Source of the DNA: Bacteroidota bacterium
GTDB taxonomy: Bacteria; Bacteroidota; Bacteroidia; UBA7662
DNA: 64,000 nt
Direction: 5' to 3'
Assembly (NCBI GenBank): GCA_005799065.1
Contig: SYHW01000038.1
Location: 6,431 to 70,430 of the forward strand
Shown: positions 29,177 to 37,806 of the stretch, piece after piece
How the letters are laid out: every line of letters begins with the position of its first letter
How positions within the stretch are numbered: the stretch's first letter is position 1
Notes under the pieces: model-generated
What the model was told of the DNA's origin: nothing
The model's database searches: none
Seen by the model: the letters and a program-made list of their open reading frames with translations, nothing else
Made by a program: the position numbers and the translations under genes

Positions 29177-29865
29177 TATTGGGCAGTTTTGGGATTCCGT
29201 ATGAGCACCTCATCGATCATTCCATAGGTACGCGCTTCCTCAGCACTCATCCAATAATCGCGGTCGCTGTCTTTGGTTATTTTCTCAAAACTCTGACCAC
29301 TGTGGTTGGCGAGAATCTGATAAAGTTCATCGCGCACCTTAATAGTCTCCCTCAGAGCAATCTCCATCTCCGTGACCTGACCCTCCGTGCCACTCATGGG
29401 CTGGTGGATCATAACACGAGCATGTTTGAGGGCCGTACGCTTACCCGGCGCACCTGCACACAGCAGTACCGCCGCCATAGAGGCAGCCATACCCGTGCAG
29501 ATGGTAGCGACATCGGCATGGATGTATTGCATGGTATCATAAATGCCGAGTCCAGCATAAACGGATCCCCCCGGGCTATTCACATAAATTTGGATGTCAC
29601 GACTGCTGTCTGAGGAATCCAAAAACAACAACTGCGCCTGAATGATATTGGCAACCTCACTGTTGATGCCAACCCCCATAAAAATGATGCGGTCCATCAT
29701 GAGACGTGAAAAGACATCCATGCTGGCCACATTCATCGGGCGTTCCTCAATAATATAGGGGGTAAGTGCATTTACTTGGTGGCGAACCACCGCATCGGTG
29801 GTGTTGCCACTCAGTCCAAGGTGAGCAGTAGCAAACCGATGAAAATCGCGGGACATTTTACTCAT
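29176..29865 (-). CDS. clpP: ATP-dependent Clp protease proteolytic subunit ClpP
   Basis: [14 protein letters not shown] (catalytic Ser) and RVMIHQP (catalytic His). There is a 1-nt overlap with clpX. Confidence 0.96.
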   Translation of the reverse strand: MSKMSRDFHRFATAHLGLSGNTTDAVVRHQVNALTPYIIEERPMNVASMDVFSRLMMDRIIFMGVGINSEVANIIQAQLLFLDSSDSSRDIQIYVNSPGGSVYAGLGIYDTMQYIHADVATICTGMAASMAAVLLCAGAPGKRTALKHARVMIHQPMSGTEGQVTEMEIALRETIKVRDELYQILANHSGQSFEKITKDSDRDYWMSAEEARTYGMIDEVLIRNPKTAQ

Positions 29866-29904
29866 AACAGGTGCAGTAAAGGCTAATAATTATTATAAGA
29901 ACGA

Positions 29905-31266
29905 CTATTGTTCATTAAAAGTTTGGATCATGCTGCGATATTCCTCATGAGACACCTCAACTTCGTTGGTGTTGATTTTGTTTCGAAGCAAATAACCCAA
30001 TTTATGACGGCGAGCGGTGTCCTCCATCCTGAAGCGATTGTCTTTATTCTCAAGGTATTTGTCGACATAGCCCATCAACACATTCATGTCTTGCCGCATA
30101 CCCGACTGCGCAAAATAATCCGAGAGAAAACGTGCTGCCGACATCTTCACATCTTCATCCGTGATATCCCAACCCGCTTCTTCCAAAGCAACCTTCATTT
30201 TCATATCCGAACGAAACCATTTCAAAAACGACTGAAATGACTCCTCCTGATCGGTAGATTGGGAGTCAGTCGTAGATTGATACAGCTTTGCCAGGTAAGA
30301 GGTTGGCATTTCAACATCAAACTCATCGAAAAAATCCTTTGTCAAACGCGCCCTAAGATAATCTTCTGCACTTTCCACAAAATGTTGAGCGAGCATATCC
30401 TTTATCCGCAATTCCAATTCAGTCTGATCAGCGGGTGGGTTGCCTTCAAAAGCCTTAGCATACAATTCCGGACCCAATTCAGCTAATCCCTCTCTGATCG
30501 CATAACGAACCTCGAGCCTAAGTTCCTCCTCGGGCGTCGGGATCTTATCGGCCTCCACCCGCATCAGGGAAGGCCATTCAGTATGGGGCGCGTTCATCAA
30601 TCGACCCAAGCTCGTCTGTGTGGTGTATCCCTCTCCTATTCCCGTTAATTCGGCCCGCAAAGATTCATCCGGGATGGTATCGATATCCACAGAAAAAGTA
30701 GTGAACGGGGGAATGGTATCTTGAGCATCCTCTACTGGCAAACGAGCCAAACGTATCATCAGGCGATCACCAGCCTCTGAAACGGATGGGTAAGGATTTT
30801 CAAAAAATCTACGACGCAATTCAGTGATTTGCTCAGCTACTTGCTCGTCGGATGGCGTGACTTTATGAAAGTCGTAAACTTCCGACTTGAGCGCGGTTGA
30901 AAACTCAGGTTTTAATCCTAAAGCAAAAATGTATTCAAAGTCAGGCATCACCGAAACCCCATCATGTTCATCGAGTTCGGGCAATGTTTCTTGTACAGGT
31001 CGAGCAATAAGGTTCCATCCCTGTTCCTGTATGTATTGGTCTAGCCGCACTGAAGCCAGCTCGGTGAGTGTGTCGCGAAGCACATACCGACCAACCGAAC
31101 GCCTTATGAGCCCAAGCGGGGCCATTCCTCTCCGAAAGCCAGGAAAAGCGGCATCCCGTCTGTATGTCGTTAAACCCTTATTAAATGGCTCAATATAGTC
31201 GGCCTGCGTTACCGTTAAAAAAACCTTGATGTCGAGCGACGTTTCTTGTTCGTGTCTGATGTTCAT
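29905..31266 (-). CDS. tig: Trigger factor
   Basis: Sits directly upstream of clpP-clpX in the conserved tig-clpP-clpX order. The N-terminus has a GFRRG-like FPGFRRGMAP ribosome-binding motif. Start taken at ATG 31266. Confidence 0.88.
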   Translation of the reverse strand: MNIRHEQETSLDIKVFLTVTQADYIEPFNKGLTTYRRDAAFPGFRRGMAPLGLIRRSVGRYVLRDTLTELASVRLDQYIQEQGWNLIARPVQETLPELDEHDGVSVMPDFEYIFALGLKPEFSTALKSEVYDFHKVTPSDEQVAEQITELRRRFFENPYPSVSEAGDRLMIRLARLPVEDAQDTIPPFTTFSVDIDTIPDESLRAELTGIGEGYTTQTSLGRLMNAPHTEWPSLMRVEADKIPTPEEELRLEVRYAIREGLAELGPELYAKAFEGNPPADQTELELRIKDMLAQHFVESAEDYLRARLTKDFFDEFDVEMPTSYLAKLYQSTTDSQSTDQEESFQSFLKWFRSDMKMKVALEEAGWDITDEDVKMSAARFLSDYFAQSGMRQDMNVLMGYVDKYLENKDNRFRMEDTARRHKLGYLLRNKINTNEVEVSHEEYRSMIQTFNEQ

Positions 31267-31364
31267 ACGTTGATAAGGAAGGATGTTAGTTGGCGCATGC
31301 ATTGGGCATTAATCCAAGGACTACACCACCAAAATGAACATCCGGTGTCTTCAATAATAATAAG

Positions 31365-31446
31365 TGCGGATGGAGGGACTCGAACCCACACGCCTTGCGG
31401 CACCAGATCCTAAGTCTGGCACGTCTACCAATTTCGCCACATCCGC
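31365..31446 (-). tRNA. tRNA-Leu (anticodon UAG), type II with long variable arm. CCA is not encoded.
   Basis: The reverse complement is GCGGATGTGGCGAAATTGGTAGAC...CCAGA-CTTAGGA-TCTGG...GGGTTCGAGTCCCTCCATCCGCA. It has a 7-bp acceptor stem, a TAG anticodon in a 7-nt loop, and a GTTCGAGTC T-loop. Confidence 0.93.
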
Positions 31447-31632
31447 AGAATTGTTTCTGTTTTCCGATCCAGCCATCCGCGCCTCGGAGAATACAGATTA
31501 CCAAAGTACTGTGTATCCTTAAAACAGGGATGCAAAGATAATCAAATACCCAGTCAAAAAGTAAAAATCCGTAGATTTACAAAATAACCCCTTCAACTTT
31601 TAGCCGTCCCATCAAACGCCCCCATCTAATCC

Positions 31633-33891
31633 GTGGAAATCCCCAATGAATCCTTTGCTGAACCCTTTGTTCAGCCCATAACGGATGCCGAAACAGAACG
31701 TCAGGAAATCCTGCGTCGATACAGACGCTTGTTGCGGGCCATGCGTCCATTTTTAAAAAAGGGGGATAAAAAACTGGTACGGGCCGCATTTGAAATGGCA
31801 TTGGAGGCCCATGCCCAAACACGACGCAAATCAGGAGAGCCATACATTTATCACCCACTTGAAGTTGCCCGTATAGCCGTTGAAGAAATTGGATTGGGCA
31901 CCACCTCAGCCATCTGTGCCCTGCTCCATGACGTGGTTGAAGATACCGACACAGGGCTCAATGACATCGAAAGGGAGTTCGGAAATGTGGTGGCACGCAT
32001 CATTGACGGACTTACCAAAATATCCGGCCTCTACAACCGCCATACGAATCCATCTGAACAGGCAGAAAATTATAGGAAAATGCTCCTGACCTTGGCCGAT
32101 GATGTTCGTGTAATACTGATCAAACTGGCCGACCGCCTGCACAATATGCGGACGCTCGAGAGCATGAGCAAAGATAAACAGCTCAAAATCGCCTCCGAAA
32201 CCACATTCTTGTTTGCCCCGCTCGCCCACAGACTGGGCTTGTATGCCATCAAATCGGAACTGGAAGACCTCTCTCTGAAATACACCCATACAGAAATATA
32301 CCGAGATATTGCCCGGAAACTACAGGAAACCAAGGCGCGGAGGGATCGTTTTATCCGGGAGTTTATCGAGCCTGTTCGGGCGGCCATGAATGGAACAGGG
32401 CTTCAATTTGAGATTAAAGGCAGGCCCAAATCGATTGTAAGCATCTGGAACAAGATGCAAAAGCAAGGCATCACCTTCGATCAGGTATACGACCTTTTCG
32501 CCATCCGAATCATCATGGACAGCAGGCCCGAGTTTGAGAAGGCCGACTGTTGGCGGGCCTATTCAGTGGTCACAGACCTGTACCAACCCAACCCCAACCG
32601 ACTGCGCGACTGGATATCAACCCCTAAAGCAAATGGGTATGAGTCGCTGCACACCACCGTAATGGGTCCCGGCGGACGGTGGGTGGAGGTTCAAATTCGG
32701 ACCAAACGAATGAACGAGATTGCAGAAAAGGGATTGGCCGCGCACTGGAAATACAAGGATGGCCAAAGCGATAGTGCGTTCGACGAATGGCTCCGCCGCA
32801 TCCGTGATGTGCTAGAAAATCCCGAACCTAATGCATTGGAGTTCATCGACGAATTCAAATTACAACTTTATGCCAAGGATGTGTTCGCATTCACGCCCAA
32901 AGGAGACCTGATTAAACTCCCAGGGGGCGCTACAGCCCTGGACTTTGCTTTCGAAATACACACCGACATCGGCATGAAGTGCATAGGGGCGAAAGCCAAT
33001 CACAAAATTGTACCTTTAAGCTACCCCCTTCAGAACGGCGATCAGGTTGAAATTCTAACCTCAGGCATTCAAAAACCTCGAGCCGATTGGATGGGTTTTG
33101 TGACGACGGCAAAAGCACGCAACAAAATTCGGCATGCCCTCCGCGAACACAAGCGTGAGCTGGCCCAAGAAGGCAAGGCACAACTGGAGCGCAAATTGCG
33201 ACAATGGAAGATCACTGGCCATGATGGGCTCATTCAAAGACTCGCCAGTCATTTTAAAGCCAGTTCATTGCTCGATTTTTATCAGCTCATTGCCACCGAG
33301 AGAATAGCCATCAATGATATACAGGCCTATTTGGCAGGTGAGAAATCCGTGTCCAAAAAAGCCAAAGCTCCGCGTCTCAATGAAGATAATTTTGAGCGTA
33401 TGGTGCGCTCGAGCAATCCGACGACCGACGATATGCTTGTGATTGATGGGGGCATTCAAAAAATCGACTACCAGCTGGCCTCGTGCTGCCATCCGATACC
33501 CGGAGATGAAATTTTCGGCTTCGTGACCATCGGTGAAGGCATAAAAATTCACCGGGTGAACTGCCCCAATGCGGTAAACCTGTTGTCGAAATACAGTTAC
33601 AGAGTTGTAAAGGCCAAATGGACATTGGCCTCTGAGGTCAGTTTTCTTGCAGGCATTAAAATCACAGGAATCGATGATGTAGGGATCATCAGAAATCTTA
33701 GTGATGTTATTTCAGGCGATTTAAAGGTAAACATGCGCTCCATCAGTGTGGTTTCTAACGACGGAATTTTCGAGGGCAGCATCATGGTGTATGTCAACGA
33801 CACCCGACAACTCGATACGCTCATCAAGAAACTGAAAGCGGTAAAAGGGATACAAACGATTGACCGAATCGATGCCTCCGAGGAGGATTAA
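31633..33891 (+). CDS. relA: Bifunctional (p)ppGpp synthetase/hydrolase (RelA/SpoT homolog)
   Basis: HD domain HPLEVA...LHDVVEDT, synthetase domain, TGS and a C-terminal ACT domain. GTG start. Confidence 0.95.
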   Translation: MEIPNESFAEPFVQPITDAETERQEILRRYRRLLRAMRPFLKKGDKKLVRAAFEMALEAHAQTRRKSGEPYIYHPLEVARIAVEEIGLGTTSAICALLHDVVEDTDTGLNDIEREFGNVVARIIDGLTKISGLYNRHTNPSEQAENYRKMLLTLADDVRVILIKLADRLHNMRTLESMSKDKQLKIASETTFLFAPLAHRLGLYAIKSELEDLSLKYTHTEIYRDIARKLQETKARRDRFIREFIEPVRAAMNGTGLQFEIKGRPKSIVSIWNKMQKQGITFDQVYDLFAIRIIMDSRPEFEKADCWRAYSVVTDLYQPNPNRLRDWISTPKANGYESLHTTVMGPGGRWVEVQIRTKRMNEIAEKGLAAHWKYKDGQSDSAFDEWLRRIRDVLENPEPNALEFIDEFKLQLYAKDVFAFTPKGDLIKLPGGATALDFAFEIHTDIGMKCIGAKANHKIVPLSYPLQNGDQVEILTSGIQKPRADWMGFVTTAKARNKIRHALREHKRELAQEGKAQLERKLRQWKITGHDGLIQRLASHFKASSLLDFYQLIATERIAINDIQAYLAGEKSVSKKAKAPRLNEDNFERMVRSSNPTTDDMLVIDGGIQKIDYQLASCCHPIPGDEIFGFVTIGEGIKIHRVNCPNAVNLLSKYSYRVVKAKWTLASEVSFLAGIKITGIDDVGIIRNLSDVISGDLKVNMRSISVVSNDGIFEGSIMVYVNDTRQLDTLIKKLKAVKGIQTIDRIDASEED

Positions 33892-34033
33892 CAGGCAAGA
33901 CTCATTTCGATTATTTTTGCCTCCTCATTTGATTTCATCCCTACCTTGATCTCCTTAAATTATTTGAACGCTAATTCTTTTATCCATGTTTTTTGCATTC
34001 ACGTACCATCTGCATAACCCTATTTGTTGACCA

Positions 34034-35299
34034 ATGAAGGTGGATGTAATACTTGGATTGCAGTGGGGCGATGAAGGAAAAGGTAAACTGGTGGATGTGG
34101 TATGTCCGACATACCCCATCATCGCTCGATTCCAAGGTGGGCCAAACGCTGGGCACTCATTGGTCATTCACGGTAAAAAAATGGTACTCAACACCATTCC
34201 ATCTGGGATATTTCGGGATGGCAGCACCAATGTAGCCGGCAGTGGGATGGTTTTGAATCCGGTCGGACTCCTGCGCGAAATCAAAATGCTTGAGGCCAAC
34301 GGTGTACCTGTCAAAGATCGTCTGGTTCTTTCCCGTCGTGCCCACCTCATTCTGCCCACCCACCCTCTGCTCGACGCCGCAATGGAACAGGCCAAGGGCG
34401 ATGAGAAAATCGGCAGTACCTTAAAAGGAATTGGCCCGGCCTATTCCGATAAAACCGCCAGGCAAGGGATCCGTTTAGGTGATCTGGATAACGGCCGATT
34501 CGATGCCAACTTTAGGGAGCAAATTGCCCGCCATACCGATGAACTCAATCGCCATGGATCTGATCTCTCCGAGCTCAACGCGCTGTGCGACGAATGGAAG
34601 AAAAGTTTAGACGAAATCGCAGCATACCAGCGAGCCGATACTGAATTTTTCCTCAACAAAGCCCTAGATCGCGGGGAACCCATACTTGCCGAAGGGGCTC
34701 AGGGCACCCTTCTCGATCTAGAATTCGGCTCGTATCCGTTTGTAACCTCCTCACACACCACTGTGGCCGGCGTATGCTCTGGGTTAGGGGTGGCCCCGCA
34801 GCGGGTAGGAAAAGTGATGGGGATATTCAAAGCATATTGTACACGTGTCGGCAGCGGACCTTTTCCAACCGAACTCAACAACGAAACAGGCGATTTTTTA
34901 CGGCAAACAGGACATGAATTTGGTGCTACTACGGGGCGGCCACGCCGATGTGGATGGATTGATTTACCTGCCCTACGCTATGCCATCATGCTCAATGGGG
35001 TCACGGACCTGATCATGACCAAGGCAGATGTTCTGAGTGGTCTGCCTGAGATTGGCGTATGTACGCATTATCGGACCGCGAATGGTCGAACACCATACTT
35101 CCCTTCCGATTTGGATGGTGTTGAACCCGTAATCAAGATGATTCCAGGGTGGAATCAATCTTTGACGGAATCAACATCCGAGGATGCCCTGCCTGCCCAG
35201 CTCCTCCGGTATATCGATTTGCTAGAGGATGAGTTGGATCGGCCGATCCGAATCGTTTCTGTCGGTCCCGACCGACGCCAAACCATTCACCGAAGATAA
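34034..35299 (+). CDS. purA: Adenylosuccinate synthase
   Basis: GLQWGDEGKGK and GPNAGH motifs. Confidence 0.97.
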   Translation: MKVDVILGLQWGDEGKGKLVDVVCPTYPIIARFQGGPNAGHSLVIHGKKMVLNTIPSGIFRDGSTNVAGSGMVLNPVGLLREIKMLEANGVPVKDRLVLSRRAHLILPTHPLLDAAMEQAKGDEKIGSTLKGIGPAYSDKTARQGIRLGDLDNGRFDANFREQIARHTDELNRHGSDLSELNALCDEWKKSLDEIAAYQRADTEFFLNKALDRGEPILAEGAQGTLLDLEFGSYPFVTSSHTTVAGVCSGLGVAPQRVGKVMGIFKAYCTRVGSGPFPTELNNETGDFLRQTGHEFGATTGRPRRCGWIDLPALRYAIMLNGVTDLIMTKADVLSGLPEIGVCTHYRTANGRTPYFPSDLDGVEPVIKMIPGWNQSLTESTSEDALPAQLLRYIDLLEDELDRPIRIVSVGPDRRQTIHRR

Positions 35300-35304
35300 A
35301 CAGC

Positions 35305-36651
35305 ATGGAACAGCCCCGGATTCTCAAAGAGCATGCCGGTGAGGAAGATTTTTACCAGCTACTCGACGCCGTTTCATCTTTTACCTATGTGGTTGCATTG
35401 TGGTCTCATACCCCCCTTTCAGCCCAAGAGACGACTGCGTTTCCACTTCATTACTTCGAACATGATGGTTGGATCGCGGCATCAAACAGCCCTCTAACAT
35501 CAGGTGACCATTCAGGCAGTCTTTCTGCCTTGAGAAATGCCATATCCCACAACAAGAATCACTTATTTGGTTTCTTTTCATACGATCTCAAGAATGAATT
35601 GGAAGAACTTCACTCCACAGGTACGGAACCATTCAGCTTTCCAAGCTATTTCTTTATTGAACCAGAATTGCTTTTACGTTTTCAAAACGGACGCATCGAA
35701 TGCCTGAACATCAGCCCCGAACGGTTTGAATATTTAGTGAACGCGATGCATGCGGATGACTCGGATCGGATACTTCCCTTAACAGAAAATGGCACCCATT
35801 TCGCGGCACCAACAAATTCAGGCGAAAAAGTAGAATTTGTTCCCGTTGTGTCGCGCGCCGAGTACGAGAAAAATGTGCAGATCATCAGGCAGCATATTGC
35901 TGAAGGTAATGTATATGAATTGAATTACTGCATTGAATGGCAAGCCCAATCCGTTCAATTATCACCCATAGAAACATGGAAATCCATGAATCAACGTACA
36001 CAAGCGCCTTTCTCGGCATACGTTCGAATGGACCATCATTATCTAATGAGTGCGAGCCCGGAGCGTTTCATGTGCAAACACGGCAAGCAGGTGTGCAGTC
36101 AACCCATAAAAGGCACCGCCTCCAGGCACACCGTTCCAAAACTAGATGCGAAAAACGCGGCCCTCCTGTCGATGAACAAGAAAGAAAGGGCAGAGAATTT
36201 GATGATTGTGGATTTGGTACGCAACGATCTTTCCCGTAGTTGCGTGCCGGGTTCAGTAATAGTGCCTGAATTGTGTTCGGTGTTTACTTTAAAGACGGTA
36301 CACCAAATGTACAGTACCGTATGTGGTGAATTGCGTCCACAAACACATTCGCTCGATGCACTGCTCGCGTCGTTCCCTATGGGGTCTATGACAGGGGCGC
36401 CTAAAATCAGTGCGATGAAGCTCATCGACAAGTTGGAAACCTTTAAAAGGGGACTATTCTCAGGTTCCGTCGGTTATTTTACACCCAAAGGCGATTTTGA
36501 TTTCAACGTCGTGATTCGCAGTATGCTCTACCGCAGCGATACAAAACAGGCAGTCGTTCGGGCGGGCAGTGCCATTACCTACGATTCAGACGCCGAGCAA
36601 GAATGGTATGAATGCCTCATGAAGGCCGAGGCCATCATGAACCGAAATTAA
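35305..36651 (+). CDS. pabB: Aminodeoxychorismate synthase component I (chorismate-binding enzyme family)
   Basis: SPERF, a GTASR-like motif, NLMIVDLVRND, FPMGSMTGAPK and RAGSAIT. The choice between pabB and trpE rests only on the absence of trp neighbours. Confidence 0.8.
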   Translation: MEQPRILKEHAGEEDFYQLLDAVSSFTYVVALWSHTPLSAQETTAFPLHYFEHDGWIAASNSPLTSGDHSGSLSALRNAISHNKNHLFGFFSYDLKNELEELHSTGTEPFSFPSYFFIEPELLLRFQNGRIECLNISPERFEYLVNAMHADDSDRILPLTENGTHFAAPTNSGEKVEFVPVVSRAEYEKNVQIIRQHIAEGNVYELNYCIEWQAQSVQLSPIETWKSMNQRTQAPFSAYVRMDHHYLMSASPERFMCKHGKQVCSQPIKGTASRHTVPKLDAKNAALLSMNKKERAENLMIVDLVRNDLSRSCVPGSVIVPELCSVFTLKTVHQMYSTVCGELRPQTHSLDALLASFPMGSMTGAPKISAMKLIDKLETFKRGLFSGSVGYFTPKGDFDFNVVIRSMLYRSDTKQAVVRAGSAITYDSDAEQEWYECLMKAEAIMNRN

Positions 36652-37094
36652 ACCTGGGCCACCAACTCTAACTTGAGCTGGGCCTTTACTTCGCGGTGTA
36701 AATCTACCTCCACATCATATACCCCCAATTCTTTCATTTCTGAAGGAACAGATATTTTGCGGCGGTCGATTTCCAAACCCTGGCCTTTCAAAGCCTCAGA
36801 AACTTGGAGTGTAGTAATGGAGCCAAATAAACGGCCCTTTTCACCAACGCGAACGGGCAATACCAAATTCATGCCCGACAATGCTTCGGCCATCGTGCGC
36901 GCATCTTGAAGCACCTTCTCAACCCGGTGAGCCGCCTGACGAACATTCTCATTGCGCTCTTTCACATTCGATTCATTGGCGATCCGGGCGAGCCCTTGTG
37001 GAATTAAATAATTCCTGCCATAACCAGGGCGCACCTTCACGATGTCGTAGCGATAACCTAGTCCTTTTATATCCTGATTCAGAATAATATCCAT
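36648..37094 (-). CDS. rplI: 50S ribosomal protein L9
   Basis: MDIILNQDIKGLGYRYDIVKVRPGYGRNYLIPQGLA. Confidence 0.96.
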   Translation of the reverse strand: MDIILNQDIKGLGYRYDIVKVRPGYGRNYLIPQGLARIANESNVKERNENVRQAAHRVEKVLQDARTMAEALSGMNLVLPVRVGEKGRLFGSITTLQVSEALKGQGLEIDRRKISVPSEMKELGVYDVEVDLHREVKAQLKLELVAQV

Positions 37095-37118
37095 GTCACA
37101 ATTCTATTAAGCTGTGGT

Positions 37119-37376
37119 TTATTTCAATCCGTCGGCTACATAAGGCAATAATGCCAAATGGCGAGCACGTTTGATGGCTTGAGACACCTTACGCTGGTAC
37201 TTTAAAGAAGTACCAGTAAGGCGACGAGGAAGGATTTTACCTTGCTCATTCACCAAACGAAGGAGGAAATCCGGGTCTTTGTAGTCGATATACTTAATTC
37301 CACTTTTTTTGAAGCGGCAGTATTTTTTACGGGTCTCTTCTTTGACCGGAATGGCGGCAAAACTATTGCTGATCAT
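37119..37376 (-). CDS. rpsR: 30S ribosomal protein S18
   Basis: [29 protein letters not shown]...[19 protein letters not shown]. Confidence 0.96.
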   Translation of the reverse strand: MISNSFAAIPVKEETRKKYCRFKKSGIKYIDYKDPDFLLRLVNEQGKILPRRLTGTSLKYQRKVSQAIKRARHLALLPYVADGLK

Positions 37377-37740
37377 GGGCGGGCTCGGTTTGGGTATGCT
37401 TGGACTTAGACTTTCGGTCTGGATTGCGACGCGACTGGTTGTACAGTACAGCGTGTTTGTCGAGTGAAACAGTCAGAAATCGCAGAACGCGCTCGTCGCG
37501 GCGGAACTCAAGCTCGAGTTTGTCGACCAGGCCTGCATCTCCTTTGAACTCAAACAGGTGATAAAACCCACTTGATTTCTTACGGATGGTGTAAGCCATT
37601 TGTTTGAGTCCCCAGCTTTCCTGGTGGACAAGCTCGGCGCCGTTTACTTCCAGCACCTGTCTAAACTTCCCGACCGCTTCAGCGACCATCTCCTCCGTAA
37701 GTACGGGGGTGAGGATGAATACGGTTTCATATTGGTTCAT
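37363..37740 (-). CDS. rpsF: 30S ribosomal protein S6
   Basis: [12 protein letters not shown]... and its position upstream of rpsR-rplI. Confidence 0.95.
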   Translation of the reverse strand: MNQYETVFILTPVLTEEMVAEAVGKFRQVLEVNGAELVHQESWGLKQMAYTIRKKSSGFYHLFEFKGDAGLVDKLELEFRRDERVLRFLTVSLDKHAVLYNQSRRNPDRKSKSKHTQTEPAHDQQ

Positions 37741-37762
37741 GAACGGATTTTTAATGAGGGTG

Positions 37763-37770
37763 CAAAGATA
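37763..37770 (-). promoter_or_regulatory. Candidate -7 box (TATCTTTG on the minus strand) for the rpsF-rpsR-rplI operon
   Basis: Matches TAnnTTTG 23 nt upstream of the rpsF ATG. The extended 11-mer tgcaaagataa is shared with the tRNA-Leu upstream region at 31531-31541. Confidence 0.4.
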
Positions 37771-37806
37771 AGAAAAAAGAAAATCAAAACCTATTATATT
37801 TGTAAG

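Noticed and set aside
31267-31632. tRNA-Leu as an integration hotspot (searched for an integrase, a direct repeat of the tRNA 3' end, or a prophage)
   Set aside because: The flanking genes are tig and relA, both core genes. No integrase and no duplicated tRNA 3' segment are seen.
37795-37802. TATATTTG -7-like box as the dnaX promoter
   Set aside because: It ends only 5 nt before the GTG needed to include the conserved YLVSFRRHRP N-terminus. It would therefore require a leaderless or internal start and is too ambiguous to call.
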